Shown here piece by piece: positions 39,808 through 53,126 of a stretch of 64,000 nucleotides of DNA. Made by a program: the position numbers and the translations under genes. Position 1 is the first letter of the stretch. Every line of letters begins with the position of its first letter. The stretch is from NCBI GenBank assembly GCA_951406725.2, contig OX597817.1, positions 8,432,001 to 8,496,000 of the forward strand, given 5' to 3'. This stretch comes from Octopus vulgaris. Lineage: Eukaryota. The notes below the pieces were generated by a model. It ran no database searches, had not been told where the DNA came from, and saw only the letters and a list, made by a program, of their open reading frames with translations.

Positions 39808-39902
39808 GTTCCCATCGCTAATAGGTGATTGTTATACGCTGATGACGAGTTACTACTCAGAAACCCGGGTCTGTGTGTATCACGTAAGGCTTAAGATGGG
39901 AA
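39808..39902 (+). ncRNA. Minimal type I hammerhead ribozyme (copy 2) with extended stem I
   Basis: tatacg-CTGATGA(39839-39845)-c-gagt-tact-actc-a-GAAA-cccggg-TC(39871)-tgtgtg. Stem I extensions gtgat/atcac and ttcccatc/gatgggaa. Confidence 0.85.
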
Positions 39903-40821
39903 TGTATGTATGTATGTATGCATGCATGTATGTTTGTTTGTATGTATGTATGTTTGTATGTATGTATGTATGTATGTATGTATGTATGTATGTATGTATG
40001 TATGTATGTATGTATGTATGTATGTATGTATGTATGTATGTATGTATGTATGTATGTATGTATGTGTGTGTGTATGTATGTATGTATGTATGTATGTATG
40101 TATGTATGTATGTATGTATGTATGTATGTATGTATGTATGTATGTATGTATGTATGCATGCATGCATGCATGCATGCATGCATGCATGCATGCATGCATG
40201 TATGTATGTATGTATGTATGTATGTATGTATGTATGTATGTATGCATGCATGCATGCATGCATGTATGTATGTATGTATGTATGTATGTATGTATGTATG
40301 TATGTATGCATGCATGCATGCATGCATGCATGCATGCATGTATGTATGTATGTATGTATGTATGTATGTATGTATGTATGTATGTATGTATGTATGTATG
40401 TATGTATGTATGCATGTATGTATGTATGTTTGTATGTATGTATGTATGTATGTATGTATGTATGTATGTATGTATGTATGCATGCATGCATGCATGCATG
40501 TATGTATGTATGTATGTATGTATGTATGTATGTATGTATGTATGTATGTATGTATGTATGTATGTATGTATGTATGTATGTATGCATGCATGCATGCATG
40601 CATGCATGTATGTATGTATGTATGTATGTATGTATGTATGTATGTATGTATGTATGTATGTATGCATGCATGCATGCATGCATGTATGTATGTATGTATG
40701 TATGTATGTATGTATGTATGTATGTATGTATGTATGTATGTATGTATGTATGTATGTATGTATGTATGTATGTATGTATGTATGTATGTATGTATGTATG
40801 TATGTTTGTATGTATGTATGT
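39903..40821. repeat. ~920-bp (TATG)n array with interspersed (CATG)n blocks
   Basis: Visible array. Confidence 0.97.
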
Positions 40822-40849
40822 AGAGTACTGTTTTTGTATATCTTACCCT

Positions 40850-43438
40850 CATGGAACAGTACATTATATATATATGGATTTCAACCTCCCTTATGACGAA
40901 TGGATTGAGGGCTGCCTCCTCTCAGGTATGCCATTGCGCGGCCTGAGGCTTGCAGAATCTCTACTTGACCTCACTAACATACTTTTATGGAGCAAATAGT
41001 GCTCCACCCAACAAGGAGGGAAATGTTCTAGACCTCTGCTTCACAAACAGCACGGCGCTCTCCCATAATGTTAAGGTGACACCGACGATTTTTATTGAAC
41101 CATAACTTTATAGAACTAACAATGTATGATCCATAGAGTACTACAGACATGCAGGCTACTAGAAGCATCCAACTTCTCTCCAGCTTGAATTTCCACAAGC
41201 TGATTGGAAAGGTATCGGGAAAGAGGTCATGGAACAAAACTGGTTTTCCAGTCTCTCTACGAAAGATATTGACATAAAACTACAACATTCTATGACAATC
41301 ATGCGTGACGTGTGGAGTAAGTTTGCTCCGGAGAGAATGCCAAGATAGCAGAAAGATATAATACCCGGGGATAGGAGGATTTTAATGAGACGACGAGCAA
41401 AAATCTCAAATCGTCTAAATGGGCCACTAAAGGATAAAAAAAAAACCCCAAGCATTGCTCGAGATCGAAAATGAACTCAAACATTTCCATGAAAAGGAGA
41501 GAGCAGAAAAGGAAGCCAGGGCTATCAAAAATATTAAAGCAAACTTTAAAGCCTTCTATAGATATGCAAAAGAGTCTACTTCAGTACGGTACAAAAAAAG
41601 GCCACCATTCGAAGAAAATGGCTTGCCGACTGCAGACCTCCCAGAGGATCAGTGAAATACTGAATGCGCAATACAAGAGTGTTTTCACAACTCCATTGGG
41701 ACACTTGTACGTAGCTATGCCTGATGAGTTCATTGGCTCCACAGCTCTACACAACGGAATGGCAATTATTGACAGCATCAAAATAGAAGAAACTGATGTG
41801 ATATCAGCCATTGGTGAAATGGGCTCAAACTCTGCCATAGGCTCTGATGGATTCCCAGCAATCATCCTAAAGAAATGCAAGGGGGCTCTAGAAAGAGCAC
41901 TTCAAATTCTCTTCCAGGACTTCCTCACAACTGGGAGACCACGAAAAGTTAAAGGAAGGCATAATATACCCTATTCATAAGGGAGGTAGCAGAACAGATG
42001 CTAACAATTAAAGACTTGTCTCTCAAACCTCCAATGTCAGCAAATTTATGGGGCACATTGTCAAGAAGAAACTAATTGCGTTCCTTGAATATAATGACTT
42101 GCTTCCTGACACCCAGCATGGCTTTCACCCAGGAAGAAGCTGCCTTACACAGCTTTTGCAGCTCTATGGCGGCGTATTGAAACAATTAATGAACCGCTCA
42201 AACCTGGATGCGGTATATCTCGACTTAGCAAAGGTCTTTGATAAGGTTGATCATGGGATGATAACTCACAAACTACGGTAATTCGGCATAACTGGGAGTT
42301 GTTGCATGACTTCGTAAAAGACAAAAGTCAGGCGGTAGCAGCCAGCGGAGCCCTCTCCAAGGAGACGGTAATAGAAAGTGGAGTGCCTCAGGGAACTGTA
42401 TTGGAGCCGCTGCAGTTCATGGTGACTCTTCCAGACATGCCATCAGTTACACAAACTGCAACACTTACTAGCTATACCGACGACACAAAAGCTGTGCCAG
42501 CAGTCAAGGAATCTGCTAATGCTAATCTTTTACAGAGAGACCCAAATGCCATATATAAATGGGCTGAGGACAACAACATGTAATTTAATGCAGACGAATC
42601 CCTAGCACTTCGCTACCAGCTAACTGAGGCTCAGAAGTCACGACAACGATACTTTGGAACGAAAGGAGCGGCAATCCCAGAATCACAAACGGTACGTGAT
42701 CTTGGGATTGATACGAGCAACGGTGCCTCGTTTCAAATGCATATCACCAAGATGGTGCTAGTGTGCAGGCGAATGGCCAGATAGATTCTAAGAACCTTCA
42801 GAACAAGGGACCAGAAAAGTATGCTGGTGCTATGCAGGACATTTGTCCTCAGCCGTCTGGACTACTGCACTCAACTACAGTGTCGGATTAATAGTGGAAC
42901 TTGAGGCGGTTCGGCGATGTTACACGAAGGAGATTTCATCAAAGGAATAGCTGAGCTAATGGGAGGGACTGAAATAGCTACTTCCCGAAGCGAAGACGGG
43001 AGGCTATGCAGTGATATGTGTGTGGAAGATACTGGAAGGGCTGGCACCAAACTTTGGAATCAAGGGTTATACCAAACCTCGAATTGGATGTCACTGCACT
43101 GTTCCAAAGTTCCCACATTTCTAATCTAAGTTGAGAACCATGTACTGCAATAGCTTGGGATTCAATGGCCCGCAGCTGTTTCACGCCTTGCCAAAACATC
43201 TGAGGGATCTTTATGCAGTGGAGGTAGATGTTTTCAAGAACCACCTCGAACCCTTGCTATCCAAGATCCCAGACGAACCAATATCAAGGCAGGAAACTCA
43301 GAAGAGAGCGGCAGTATCGAACTCCCTCCTCCAACAAAAGCCAATCCTAGAGGACAGGCCAATAAAAGGTGATTACACTGCGGGTGCCCCAGCATGGCCA
43401 CAACCTTAGGCCTGAAACATATAAAAGAATAAAGGAAT
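40850..43438 (+). pseudogene. Decayed CR1-group LINE ORF2 (end of AP endonuclease, RT, 3' end)
   Basis: Fragments [81 protein letters not shown]...NSLL. Many stops and frameshifts. Confidence 0.9.
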
Positions 43439-43457
43439 GTATATATTCATATAGCTT

Positions 43458-43529
<72 letters not shown>

Positions 43530-43621
43530 GGGAGGGAGAATTCACAAAAAAAACAAAAGAGGTAGACAGGTGGTGTAGAAAACAAACAGATGTATTAGTA
43601 TAACGCTCTATATACATACAT

Positions 43622-43993
43622 AGGCTCAGGAGTGGATGTGTGATAAGTAGCTTGCTTACCAACCACATGGTTCATTCCCACGGCGTGGCACCTTCAGCAA
43701 ATGTCTTCTACTATAGCCTCGGGCCGACAAATGCCTTGTGAGGGGGTTTGGTAGACGGAAACTGTAAGAAGTCTGTCGTATACGTACAAGTTTGTATGTC
43801 TGTGTTTGTACTCGCACCATCGCTTGACAAGCGATGTTGGTATCTTTATGTCCCAGTAACTTAGCGGTTCGGCAAAATAGACCGATATAATAAGTACTAG
43901 GCTTACAAAGAATAAGTCCTGGGGTCGATTTGTTCCACTAAAGGCGGTGCCCCACCATGGCTGCAGTCAAATAACTGAAACAAATAACAGAAT
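43622..43993 (+). mobile_element. SINE family A
   Basis: Colinear with 16500-16892. Confidence 0.85.
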
Positions 43994-44030
43994 AGATATA
44001 TGTATATATATATATGTGTGTATATATATA

Positions 44031-44060
<30 letters not shown>

Positions 44061-44062
<2 letters not shown>

Positions 44063-45240
44063 ACTTAGAATAACTTAGAAAGGTTTTTGGCCAGTATTGG
44101 CCCAGGCCATGTCTAACTTAATAGCACCACCTGGCGAAGTCTTTCAGTTCAGGATTTGGGCACCAAGGCCCATTCGAGCAGAGAGTTATTGTTTGCGGAG
44201 ACATATCCGGGTGTGGATGGTTTGTCCGGTACTGTTTGAAGGAATTTGTCCAAAGACTTCTTGAATTTTGTGTGGTCAGTTTCTTTTTTGACGTGTCCTG
44301 GTGTAATGTTGAAGAGAGCGGGTCCAATTGAGGTGAAATAGTTGTGCCGTATTGTCGTTATGTGATGCGATTTAGATTTTTGTTGTGGACGGATGGCACG
44401 TGGTCCAAGCCTTGGATGCATTTTGAAGGTGATGCCAACATCATTCGGACAGTGCTGATGGAATATTTTCCACATCATACAGATAATGTAGCGTTCACGG
44501 CGTCGTTGGAGTGAATACAATTTCAGCTTCTCTAGTCTACCCCAGTAGTCAAGGTCTGACATGCCATCTATCTTTTTTGTGATTGACCTTTGGGGAGCTT
44601 CAATTCTCATAATATTTTGTTTTGTGTAGGGAGACCACAGTGGACAGCAGTATTCAAGGTGGGGTCGGGCAAAAGTGGAGAAGAGAAGGATAATAGCGTG
44701 GGAATCTCTCGACTGGAAGGTTCTGAGAATCCAGGAACACATTCTGCGGGCCATGTCAACTTTGCTGCTTATATGTGTAGCCCAGCTTATGTTGTTGTCC
44801 ACTGTTACTCCCAGGTCTCTGATGTTGTTGGATGCCATGAGAATTTCTCCAGAAGGAAGAGAGTATGGGAGTTTCAGAGCGTCCTCTCTTCCAAAGTGGA
44901 TCAGTTCGAATTTGTCTTCATTTAGCAACATGTTATTTTTCCGCCCATTGGACAACAGCCAGTAGGTCTGACTGAAGGTTTATTCGGTCATCCACGCCAT
45001 TGATGACCTTCTGGAGCTTGGAATCATCAGCGAAGGTTCTGATGTTGCTGTGTTTGATGGTGTCAGTAATATCATTTATGTAGATGATGAAGAGAAGTGG
45101 GCCCAACACAGTGCCTTGTGGGACACCACTGCTGACTTTGGCTGGGCTGGATTTGACTCCTTCGACTACAACATGTTGGGTTCTGTTACAGAGGAAGCAC
45201 TTGATCCATTGCAGCAGAGCACTTGATCCATTGCAGCAGC
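44061..45240 (-). pseudogene. 5'-truncated CR1-group LINE, RT C-terminal half and 3' end (young)
   Basis: [52 protein letters not shown]. One frameshift near 44945; 3' tail (ttctaagtta)2; flanked by (TA)n on both sides; ~22-bp duplication at the 5' junction. Confidence 0.92.
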
Positions 45241-45295
45241 ATGCACATATATATATATCCATGCACATATATATATATATATATATATATCCATG

Positions 45296-45394
<99 letters not shown>

Positions 45395-45472
45395 GTGCAT
45401 ATATATACATGTAGATATATATATATGTGTGCATATATATACATGTATATATATATATATGTATATATATAC

Positions 45473-45516
<44 letters not shown>

Positions 45517-46459
45517 GAGATAAAACCACTATTAGGCAAATCACACAGTGAAAATCATAAGCCAATACATAGAAATAAAATTAATTAAAAAAATATATAA
45601 AAATATAAAATATAAAATATAAAAATCCAATTAAAATATTTAAATTAAAGTTAAAATTAAAAAAATTATTTAAATTAATAATTTAAACTTATAGATTATA
45701 AATATATATATATTTTTATTATTATCTTATTTAATTATTTATTTTCTAATTTTATTTATATTTTTTATTTTTTATTTTTTACGTATATATATATATACAT
45801 ACACACACTCACACACACACATAAAGAACGATTTATTCGCAGAGTTGTTCGAAATCTGAGGTACTACTGTACATACACATATACATACATACATACATAC
45901 ATACATACATACATACACACACATACATACATACATACATACATACATACATACATACATACATACATACATACATACATACATACGCACACATATGTAC
46001 ACCCACTCGAGCTTTTAAATAAAAGCATATGTTCATACATTTGTACTTTAACGTGACACAGTAATCAAAGACACACTAAACAGCAGGATTGTCTCAGCCA
46101 ATTGGTTAGTTGGTCTGTTGTTTTAGCTCGTGGCTAAAACCAGAACATATATTCATATATTTTAGGAAGCGTTTGTGTTGATACAGATAATATTTCTACT
46201 AAATGTCTCTGTGTCCAAATACGTGGACATTATTGTGAAACATGGTGCAAAGGTAACAGTTTGCTAAGCATATGTGCAACGTTTTTCAAGACCTCTCTGT
46301 AGTGGTTTTTGGTTCCTTTCCGTTGTTTACACGCAAATATAATTATATATGCAGTGTTGATCGCGCAACTCAGATGTATTTGTCTGAGAAGTTTTCCAGT
46401 AAGGCTTGGGGACTGACCATTGCCTCTTTTACTGTGATCCTCCAGCGTATTACTTTACT

Positions 46460-46884
46460 GAGATGGGCCGGTCACGTCTCCCGCATGTCCAACACTCGCA
46501 TCCCAAAACAGCTCTTCTACGGTGAACTCAGCCAGGGCAAACGCAAAGTCGGAGGGCAGAAGAAGCGCTTCAAGGACAGTCTCAAAGTCTCTCTCAAAGA
46601 CTTCTCCATCGGCACAGAGACTTGGGAGACACTTGCTGCCGACCGCCCATCCTGGCGCAGCGCAATCACCACAGGAGCAAAGACAGCCGAGGAGAGACGG
46701 ATTCAGTGAGCAGAACAGAAACGCCAGAGCCACCTGCACCAATAGCACAGCCCCTACCCACTTCTGCCCCACCTGTGGGAGGGGCTTTCTTGCCCGGATT
46801 GGCCTCACCAGCCACCTCCGGTCTCATAGCAGCAATTCCACCAAATGATGTCAATGGTCATCTTCGAACCCGAAGGACGAACAT
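46460..46884 (+). pseudogene. 5'-truncated RTE LINE 3' end with 12-bp TSD
   Basis: LRWAGHVSRMSNTRIPKQLFYGEL...KRFKDSLK...W...DRPSWR and C2H2 finger CPTCGRGFLARIGLTSHLRSH. TSD tattactttact at 46448-46459 and 46885-46896. Confidence 0.92.
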
Positions 46885-47141
46885 TATTACTTTACTTGAG
46901 GCTTCTGGAACATTCATACGTCCACAAACACACACGTATACAGATGCACATATGCCGTTCAGGAATTTGGACCTGGAGATCTCCATTTCCAGCGACTTCG
47001 AGAGACACCTCCCAGTGGCGTCGGGCGTCAACGAAGAGCCCTCGACTACAACAAGACGACCAAAGTTTCTTTTTCCAAGGTCTGGGGTCTCCCGCCCCTA
47101 AGCCCGAGACCATCACCCAATCCCCCTTACCCGTCTTGTTT

Positions 47142-47373
47142 GTTTCTTTACTACCCACTAGGGGCTAAACACGGAGGGGACAAACAAGGACAGACATAGG
47201 TATTAAGTCGATTACATCGACCCCAGTGCGTAACTGGTACTTAATTTATCGACCCCGAAAGGATGAAAGGCAAAGTCGACCTCGGCGGAATTTGAACCCA
47301 GAACGTAACGGCAGACGAAGTACGGCTACGCATTTCGCCCGGCGTGCTAACGTTTCTGCCAGCTCGCCGCCTT
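47142..47373 (-). mobile_element. SINE family B monomer
   Basis: Reverse complement of the family B consensus. Confidence 0.88.
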
Positions 47374-47422
47374 CTTGTTGCTTAACGACAACAACATGCA
47401 CATATACGCAAGCATACACAGG

Positions 47423-48153
47423 CGACAAGGTGCTGAAAAGTTCCTGGCTTTGGGTAAAAGAACATACAGGAGGATCAGTTAATTATGATTTTATCCAACA
47501 CTAGCAGTATCGCCCGGCGTTGCTCGGGTTTGTAAGGGAAATAACTATATAAGCATTTTTAGAGAGTTACTTCCCTTATAGATGCCAATTCGGGCTTTCT
47601 TAGCCGTTTCTGTTATGGTGTCTTCAAGCCATGAAGTCGTTGTTCTAAAAGAACGCTGGTCTCCTTGACAACGCTTTACGACGTTGATTTCCTTACACTC
47701 CCTTCCCCACAGCTTCACGAGGGTGGGAAGAAGGGGGAGAAGCAAACAGGTGCAGGTGTGACCATGGACGCCAACTCCGCCGCCATCGTCACACGAAAAA
47801 TTATGCATTAAAATGGAATAAAAAATGATGTTAAATTATTTTAAAAATCGTAGACTCATCATAGACGCGCGCTAATACCCAGACGGGCTCGATATGAATC
47901 ACGACTATAAGATACCCGGATTTGGTTAAACTGCACCGCAAAATGTGGGAGTAGTTAGGAATCTAAATCGAAGGGGACAGACACTCACACAACTACAGTT
48001 TTATATATATAGATATTCCCATTTCAGATGCACACACACTGCAGCGGTTCTTCAAATTTTGTAAGTCATGAAAAAGAACTCGGAATGTTTGGCTTGCAAC
48101 CAGGTCCTTTGGGGTCACCCTTAAAGCCAGGAACTTTTCAGCACCTCATCGTA
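47423..48153. mobile_element. mariner-type MITE split by a Helitron insertion
   Basis: TIRs aggtgctgaaaagttcctggcttt (47428-47451) / aaagccaggaacttttcagcacct (48123-48146). A related uninterrupted fragment lies at ~51892-51980. Confidence 0.8.
47501..48013 (-). mobile_element. Non-autonomous Helitron (copy 3), complete termini
   Basis: Minus strand reads A|TCtatatatataaaa...cccgagcaacgccgggcgatactgCTAG|T: canonical 5'-TC, 3'-CTAG, subterminal hairpin, AT target, no TSD. Confidence 0.92.
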
Positions 48154-48224
48154 CATATGTGCGATGTCGTGTACGAGTGAGAGCATATAAAGACCGGTCG
48201 TTGTAATGCTCAATGCAGAGCAAA

Positions 48225-48640
48225 AGCTATGGCGTGACTGTATGATAAGAAGCTTGCTTCCCAACCACGTGGCTCGGATTTCAGTCCAACTGCGTGGCAT
48301 CTTAGGCAAGTGTTTTCTACTATAGCCTCGGGGCGACCAAAACCCTGAAAGTGGTTTTAGTGGACTGAAACTGAAAGAAGCTCGTCGTGTATATGTATGT
48401 ATGTATGTATGTGTGTGTGTGTGTGTGTGTGCCCCATCACCCACTTGACAACTGGTGTTGGTGCTTGTATGTTTACATCCCTGTAACTTAACGGTTCGGC
48501 AAAAGAGACCGATAGGATAAGTACCTTGCTTATATAAAAAGAAAAAAAAATTACAGGGGTCGTTACATTCGACTAAAAATTCTCGATGGCAGTGTCCAGC
48601 ATGGCCGTAGTCTACTGACTGAGACAAGTAAAAGATAAAG
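48225..48640 (+). mobile_element. SINE family A, diverged
   Basis: Colinear with family A. Confidence 0.8.
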
Positions 48641-50007
48641 GATATCATTTTCAACATACTCTATCATCATTTCTCTTGATTACTAATAGACGGTATGAAT
48701 AATCACTTTATTCTGGTGATAATAGTTTGAAGGTCTACGTACTTCGAAGAATGTGGAAATTTTACTGATTCAAGCATATGTGGTTGGTAGGCCCAAGAGT
48801 GGATTGTATGAATAACACGAAAACTGGCTTAAAACCAAAACCTGATCCTATGGATTTCCATTTGTTGCAAGTGTATTAATAGTATATTAATTTCCGGTAT
48901 TTTTTAATGTCCAATGAATTTGCATTTTAAACGGTGGTTCACCTTATAAGGATCTTGGAAATTCCGCTGTGCTTCAAACACTTTACGGAAATTGAAGATT
49001 AACAGAATTACCGTAAGCTGAGGGTCATCGACAAAGCAATCCAAAATTGATATATGTTAAGGAGGTAAAAACTTATGTTTGTCAGATATGTTTAACATCT
49101 CTGTTCGCATGCAAGCATATGCAGCACTCTTTGGAAAACTTTCAGCTGCAAACTGAATAACCGTCTGTCACCTCTCGCTCAGATCATTGGCTAAAGACAA
49201 TCCGGTAAAGTTTTACAGTATTTATTCCATTGTATACAGTACAACAAAGATCACTTAGCCACTGACGATTATCTCTTTTTGTGAGAAAACACTGATAATT
49301 TCTACCGGATCCTCATCCTTCATCTAAAACTCGCCAATCCTACGGCTGACCTAAAATAATAAATGAAAACAAATAATCCGATGTCCTATATCTTTATTCT
49401 GTGAATTCCCTGGACTTATTGAGAAACTCTGAGTAGCAGCAGAGTGAATCAATAAATTTAAATGATTCAGAATAAGATACTTGCTCTTTATTCTTTCATT
49501 CACTTCCTCGTGACATTTATACATTTGCCAATGTAAGTATTTTATTATAACTTTTTTTCTACAATAGAACAGTATCTTGTATCCTAACAATTTATAATTT
49601 ATAGCAACAGTCAAATTGTAGGCACCAAGATTACCTCAACATTGTTATAGAATATTGTCATGTTTGAGTTGGAATTCAGGCTGCAATAATTTGTCATTTT
49701 TGTATCATCGCCAATTTTGTAGTATCAGCAATCTCTGTTTTGTATTATAAGCATTGACAAATAAACATTCCTAACATGAATAAAATAATACTTAAAGCAG
49801 AAAAAAGCCAATTATGCAAACCCTCCTTCCCCCCCACAAATACACTCCACATATAAAACACACATGCACAAACACAAGAAAAAAGTGCAATAGTAATGTA
49901 TACAATGCTTTAAAAGCAATTTACGCATCACTGTTATAAATATTTATTGATAAATCTTTCATCAAATAATATTTTGAAATGTAAAGAATGTTATTTTAAA
50001 ACCACCC

Positions 50008-50079
<72 letters not shown>

Positions 50080-50692
50080 ACACACAAAACTAAAATGAGT
50101 TGAGTGAAATAACTCAGAGTGGCCAGTCGCATGTATTTGGACAACAAAGAGAAATTAAGAGTATTTCAAATACCATACAACATAATCTCTTAGCATAGTT
50201 AAATCATTACTGCTTCCAGAAATGGTGGAACAATCGTTTGGTAGCAACTGGGCCAATTTCAAAGGAAAAAAACAATTTCACAAATCAAGTATTTGTTCAA
50301 AACTGACATGCCATTAAAGAAATGACAATCTGAGTATCTAGAGATAAAAGGATAGCTGTTGGCACGTATTTCTACTTTAAAATGTCTCATCAGCGCATCA
50401 GTCACCCGACTTTGTTTCCAGTAGGAAAGGCACTTAGAGCTGAATTCATGTGTGACCAACTAAATCTGCATAAATGAAGCGAAAATGATGTAAAAGAAAA
50501 TATGGTATTCCGCGTTTACACCATATTATATCTGTGCCAAATAAATGGTACGCCAAATGCTCTACAAAATAAATTCTAGAGAAAATAAAACAAACTCTTC
50601 GCAGCAATGGAGATCAGCTCCATTTTGTGTGTATGCGTATGTGTGTGAATGTGTGTATGCGTTTGTGCGTGTGTGTGTGTATGTGTGTATGT

Positions 50693-50768
<76 letters not shown>

Positions 50769-51164
50769 GAGTGTGTGTGTGATATAATACCTTGATGTTG
50801 TGCAGACTGATTTCGTCGTAAATATATCGTTAGCTGTGAGCTGGCTGAATCGTTAGCACGCCGGACAAAATGTTTAGCGGCCTTTCGTCCATCTTTACGT
50901 TCTGAGTTCAAATTCCGCCGAGGTCGACTTTGCCTTTCATCCATCCATTCGAGGTCGATAAATAAATACTAGTTGAGTACTGGTATCGATACATTCGACA
51001 TACCCTCTCCCTCCAATTAAAACCAATAAACTGTTAAACGTTGATTAAATCATTACCTGATACAAAACTAAATACGAAATGTCAACTCAAATAATGCTCA
51101 TACTGTTTGAATGAGCGAGAACAGCAAAACTAATAACGAAATGTTTGCGTGCGTGTATTTATTG

Positions 51165-51850
51165 TTTTATTCTTTTACTTGTTTCAGTCATTTGACCGCG
51201 GCCATGCTGGAGCAGCGCCGTCGAACAATTCAACTTTGTAAGCCTAGTACTTAGTCTATCAGTCACCAAGTTATGGGGACGTAAATACACAAATATCAGT
51301 TGTCAAGCGATGGTGGTTGGACAAATTCAGACACACAAATACATATATATATATATATATACGGCGGGCTTCTTTCAGTTTCCGTCTACCAGATCTACTC
51401 ACAAGGCTTTGGTCGGCCCGAGGCTATAGGAGAGGACACCTACCCAAATTGTCACGCAGTAGGATTAAACCCGGAACCAGAGGGGACAAATAAGGACAGA
51501 CAAAGGGATTAAGTTGATTATATCGATCCTAGTGCGTAACTGGTACTTATTTAATCGATCCCGAAAGGATGAAAGGCAAAGTCGACCCTGGCGGAATTTG
51601 AACACAGAACGTAACGGCAGACGAAATACCTATTTCTTTACTACCCATAAGGTGCTAAACATAGAGTGGACAAACAAGGACTGACAAAGGGATTAAGTCG
51701 ATTACATCGAGGTCAGTGCGTAACTGGTATTTAATTTATCGACCCCGAAAAGATGAAAGGCAAAGTCGACCTGGGCGGAATTTGAACTCACAACGTAACG
51801 GCAGACGAAACTCTGCTAAGTATTTCGCCCGGCGTGCTAACGTTTCTGCC
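51165..51850 (-). mobile_element. SINE family A fragment abutting a family B dimer
   Basis: 51165-51478 is family A reverse complement; 51479-51850 is two family B units. Confidence 0.78.
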
Positions 51851-52387
51851 ACACAGCCACTCCTACGCCTATATGCATGTGTTTGTAACATAAGTTCCTG
51901 GCTTTGGGCAAAAGAAAATATAAAAGGATTTGTTACTTACGATTTTATTCAACATCTTCCCCTCTCAGTTTCACTCACTTCGAAGGGGGGGGGGAGGTCT
52001 TTGTTGCTATTTCTTTTTCAGGTCGTGCGATCACATAAATCAGTAGTTCCCAATATCTCTCTGACCTCAACCTATATCCTTATGATTGACGTTGATAGAA
52101 ATCATTAACCAAGCTGTTGCACAGTGATATTGAACATGAAATCACATGGTTTCGAAGCGAACTTGTGAAACCATACAGCCAAGCTATTTCTTTTGGAGCC
52201 TCATCGTTTGTACCACTGTATCAAAGTTAAATCATCTAAATACTGGCTTCAAATTTTGACACAAGGCCAGCAATTTCAGAGGAGGGGTATGTCGATTATA
52301 TTGACTCCACCGCTAGACTGGAACTAGAATTTGAACTCAAAACATAAAGACGGACGGTAACCATTGTGCCTGGCGTGCTAACGATTC

Positions 52388-52622
52388 TTATTCCTTTATT
52401 GCTCACAAGGGGCTAAATATAGAGAGGGACAAACAAAGATAGACAAAGGGATTACATCGATTACATAGACCCCAGTGCGCTACCGGTACTTAATTTTTCG
52501 ACCTTGAAAGGATGAAAGGCAAATTCGACCTCGGCGGAATTTGAACTCAGAACATAGCGGCAGACGAAATACTGCTAAGCATTTCGCCCGGCGTGCTAAC
52601 GTGTCTGCCAGCTCGCCACCTT
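52388..52622 (-). mobile_element. SINE family B monomer
   Basis: Reverse complement of family B. Confidence 0.82.
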
Positions 52623-53028
52623 AAATAATGTAAACAGACGCCACATTTTATGTTTCTAGTTGACTTCAACAAGGAACTTCAACAAAGTTGCAGTGTCAAT
52701 TTATTGGGAATCGATCTATTCCACTATGGTAAGCAACACAAATGATTTAAAATGTTTATTTCTATTTCGACTGCGCACAACAGCTTCTGTATATTTAAGA
52801 AGCGCGGTTGTTGTTGTTTAGAGACGACCCGGGTTAACACTGCCCGATGTTATGTTTTAAGGGTATGTTACCTAAGGTACTACATTATCTAATTTGTTTC
52901 ATTCCGAAAACAAGTTGGTTGCAACTGAATATAAATGTGGCTGCTACCTCTAGCAGATCGACTGACTACGTAGAAAGGAGAGGTAGATACGAAAAGTATT
53001 TAGTAGAATTGGCTTCTGATACATGAAG

Positions 53029-53064
<36 letters not shown>

Positions 53065-53083
53065 TAGCCTCCGCCCTTATACG

Positions 53084-53126
<43 letters not shown>

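Larger units (their letters stand above)
39439..39902 (+). mobile_element. Retrozyme-like non-coding element: 364-nt unit bounded by two hammerheads
   Basis: Direct repeats 39439-39539 and 39782-39902 each hold a hammerhead core. The intervening unit is extensively self-complementary. Followed by (TATG)n. Confidence 0.75.

Noticed and set aside
50360-50400. Minus-strand CTGATGA...GAAA motif (similar cases near 21110-21155 and 25105-25130)
   Set aside because: No stem I/III pairing or no NUH triplet; expected by chance, or too decayed to call.
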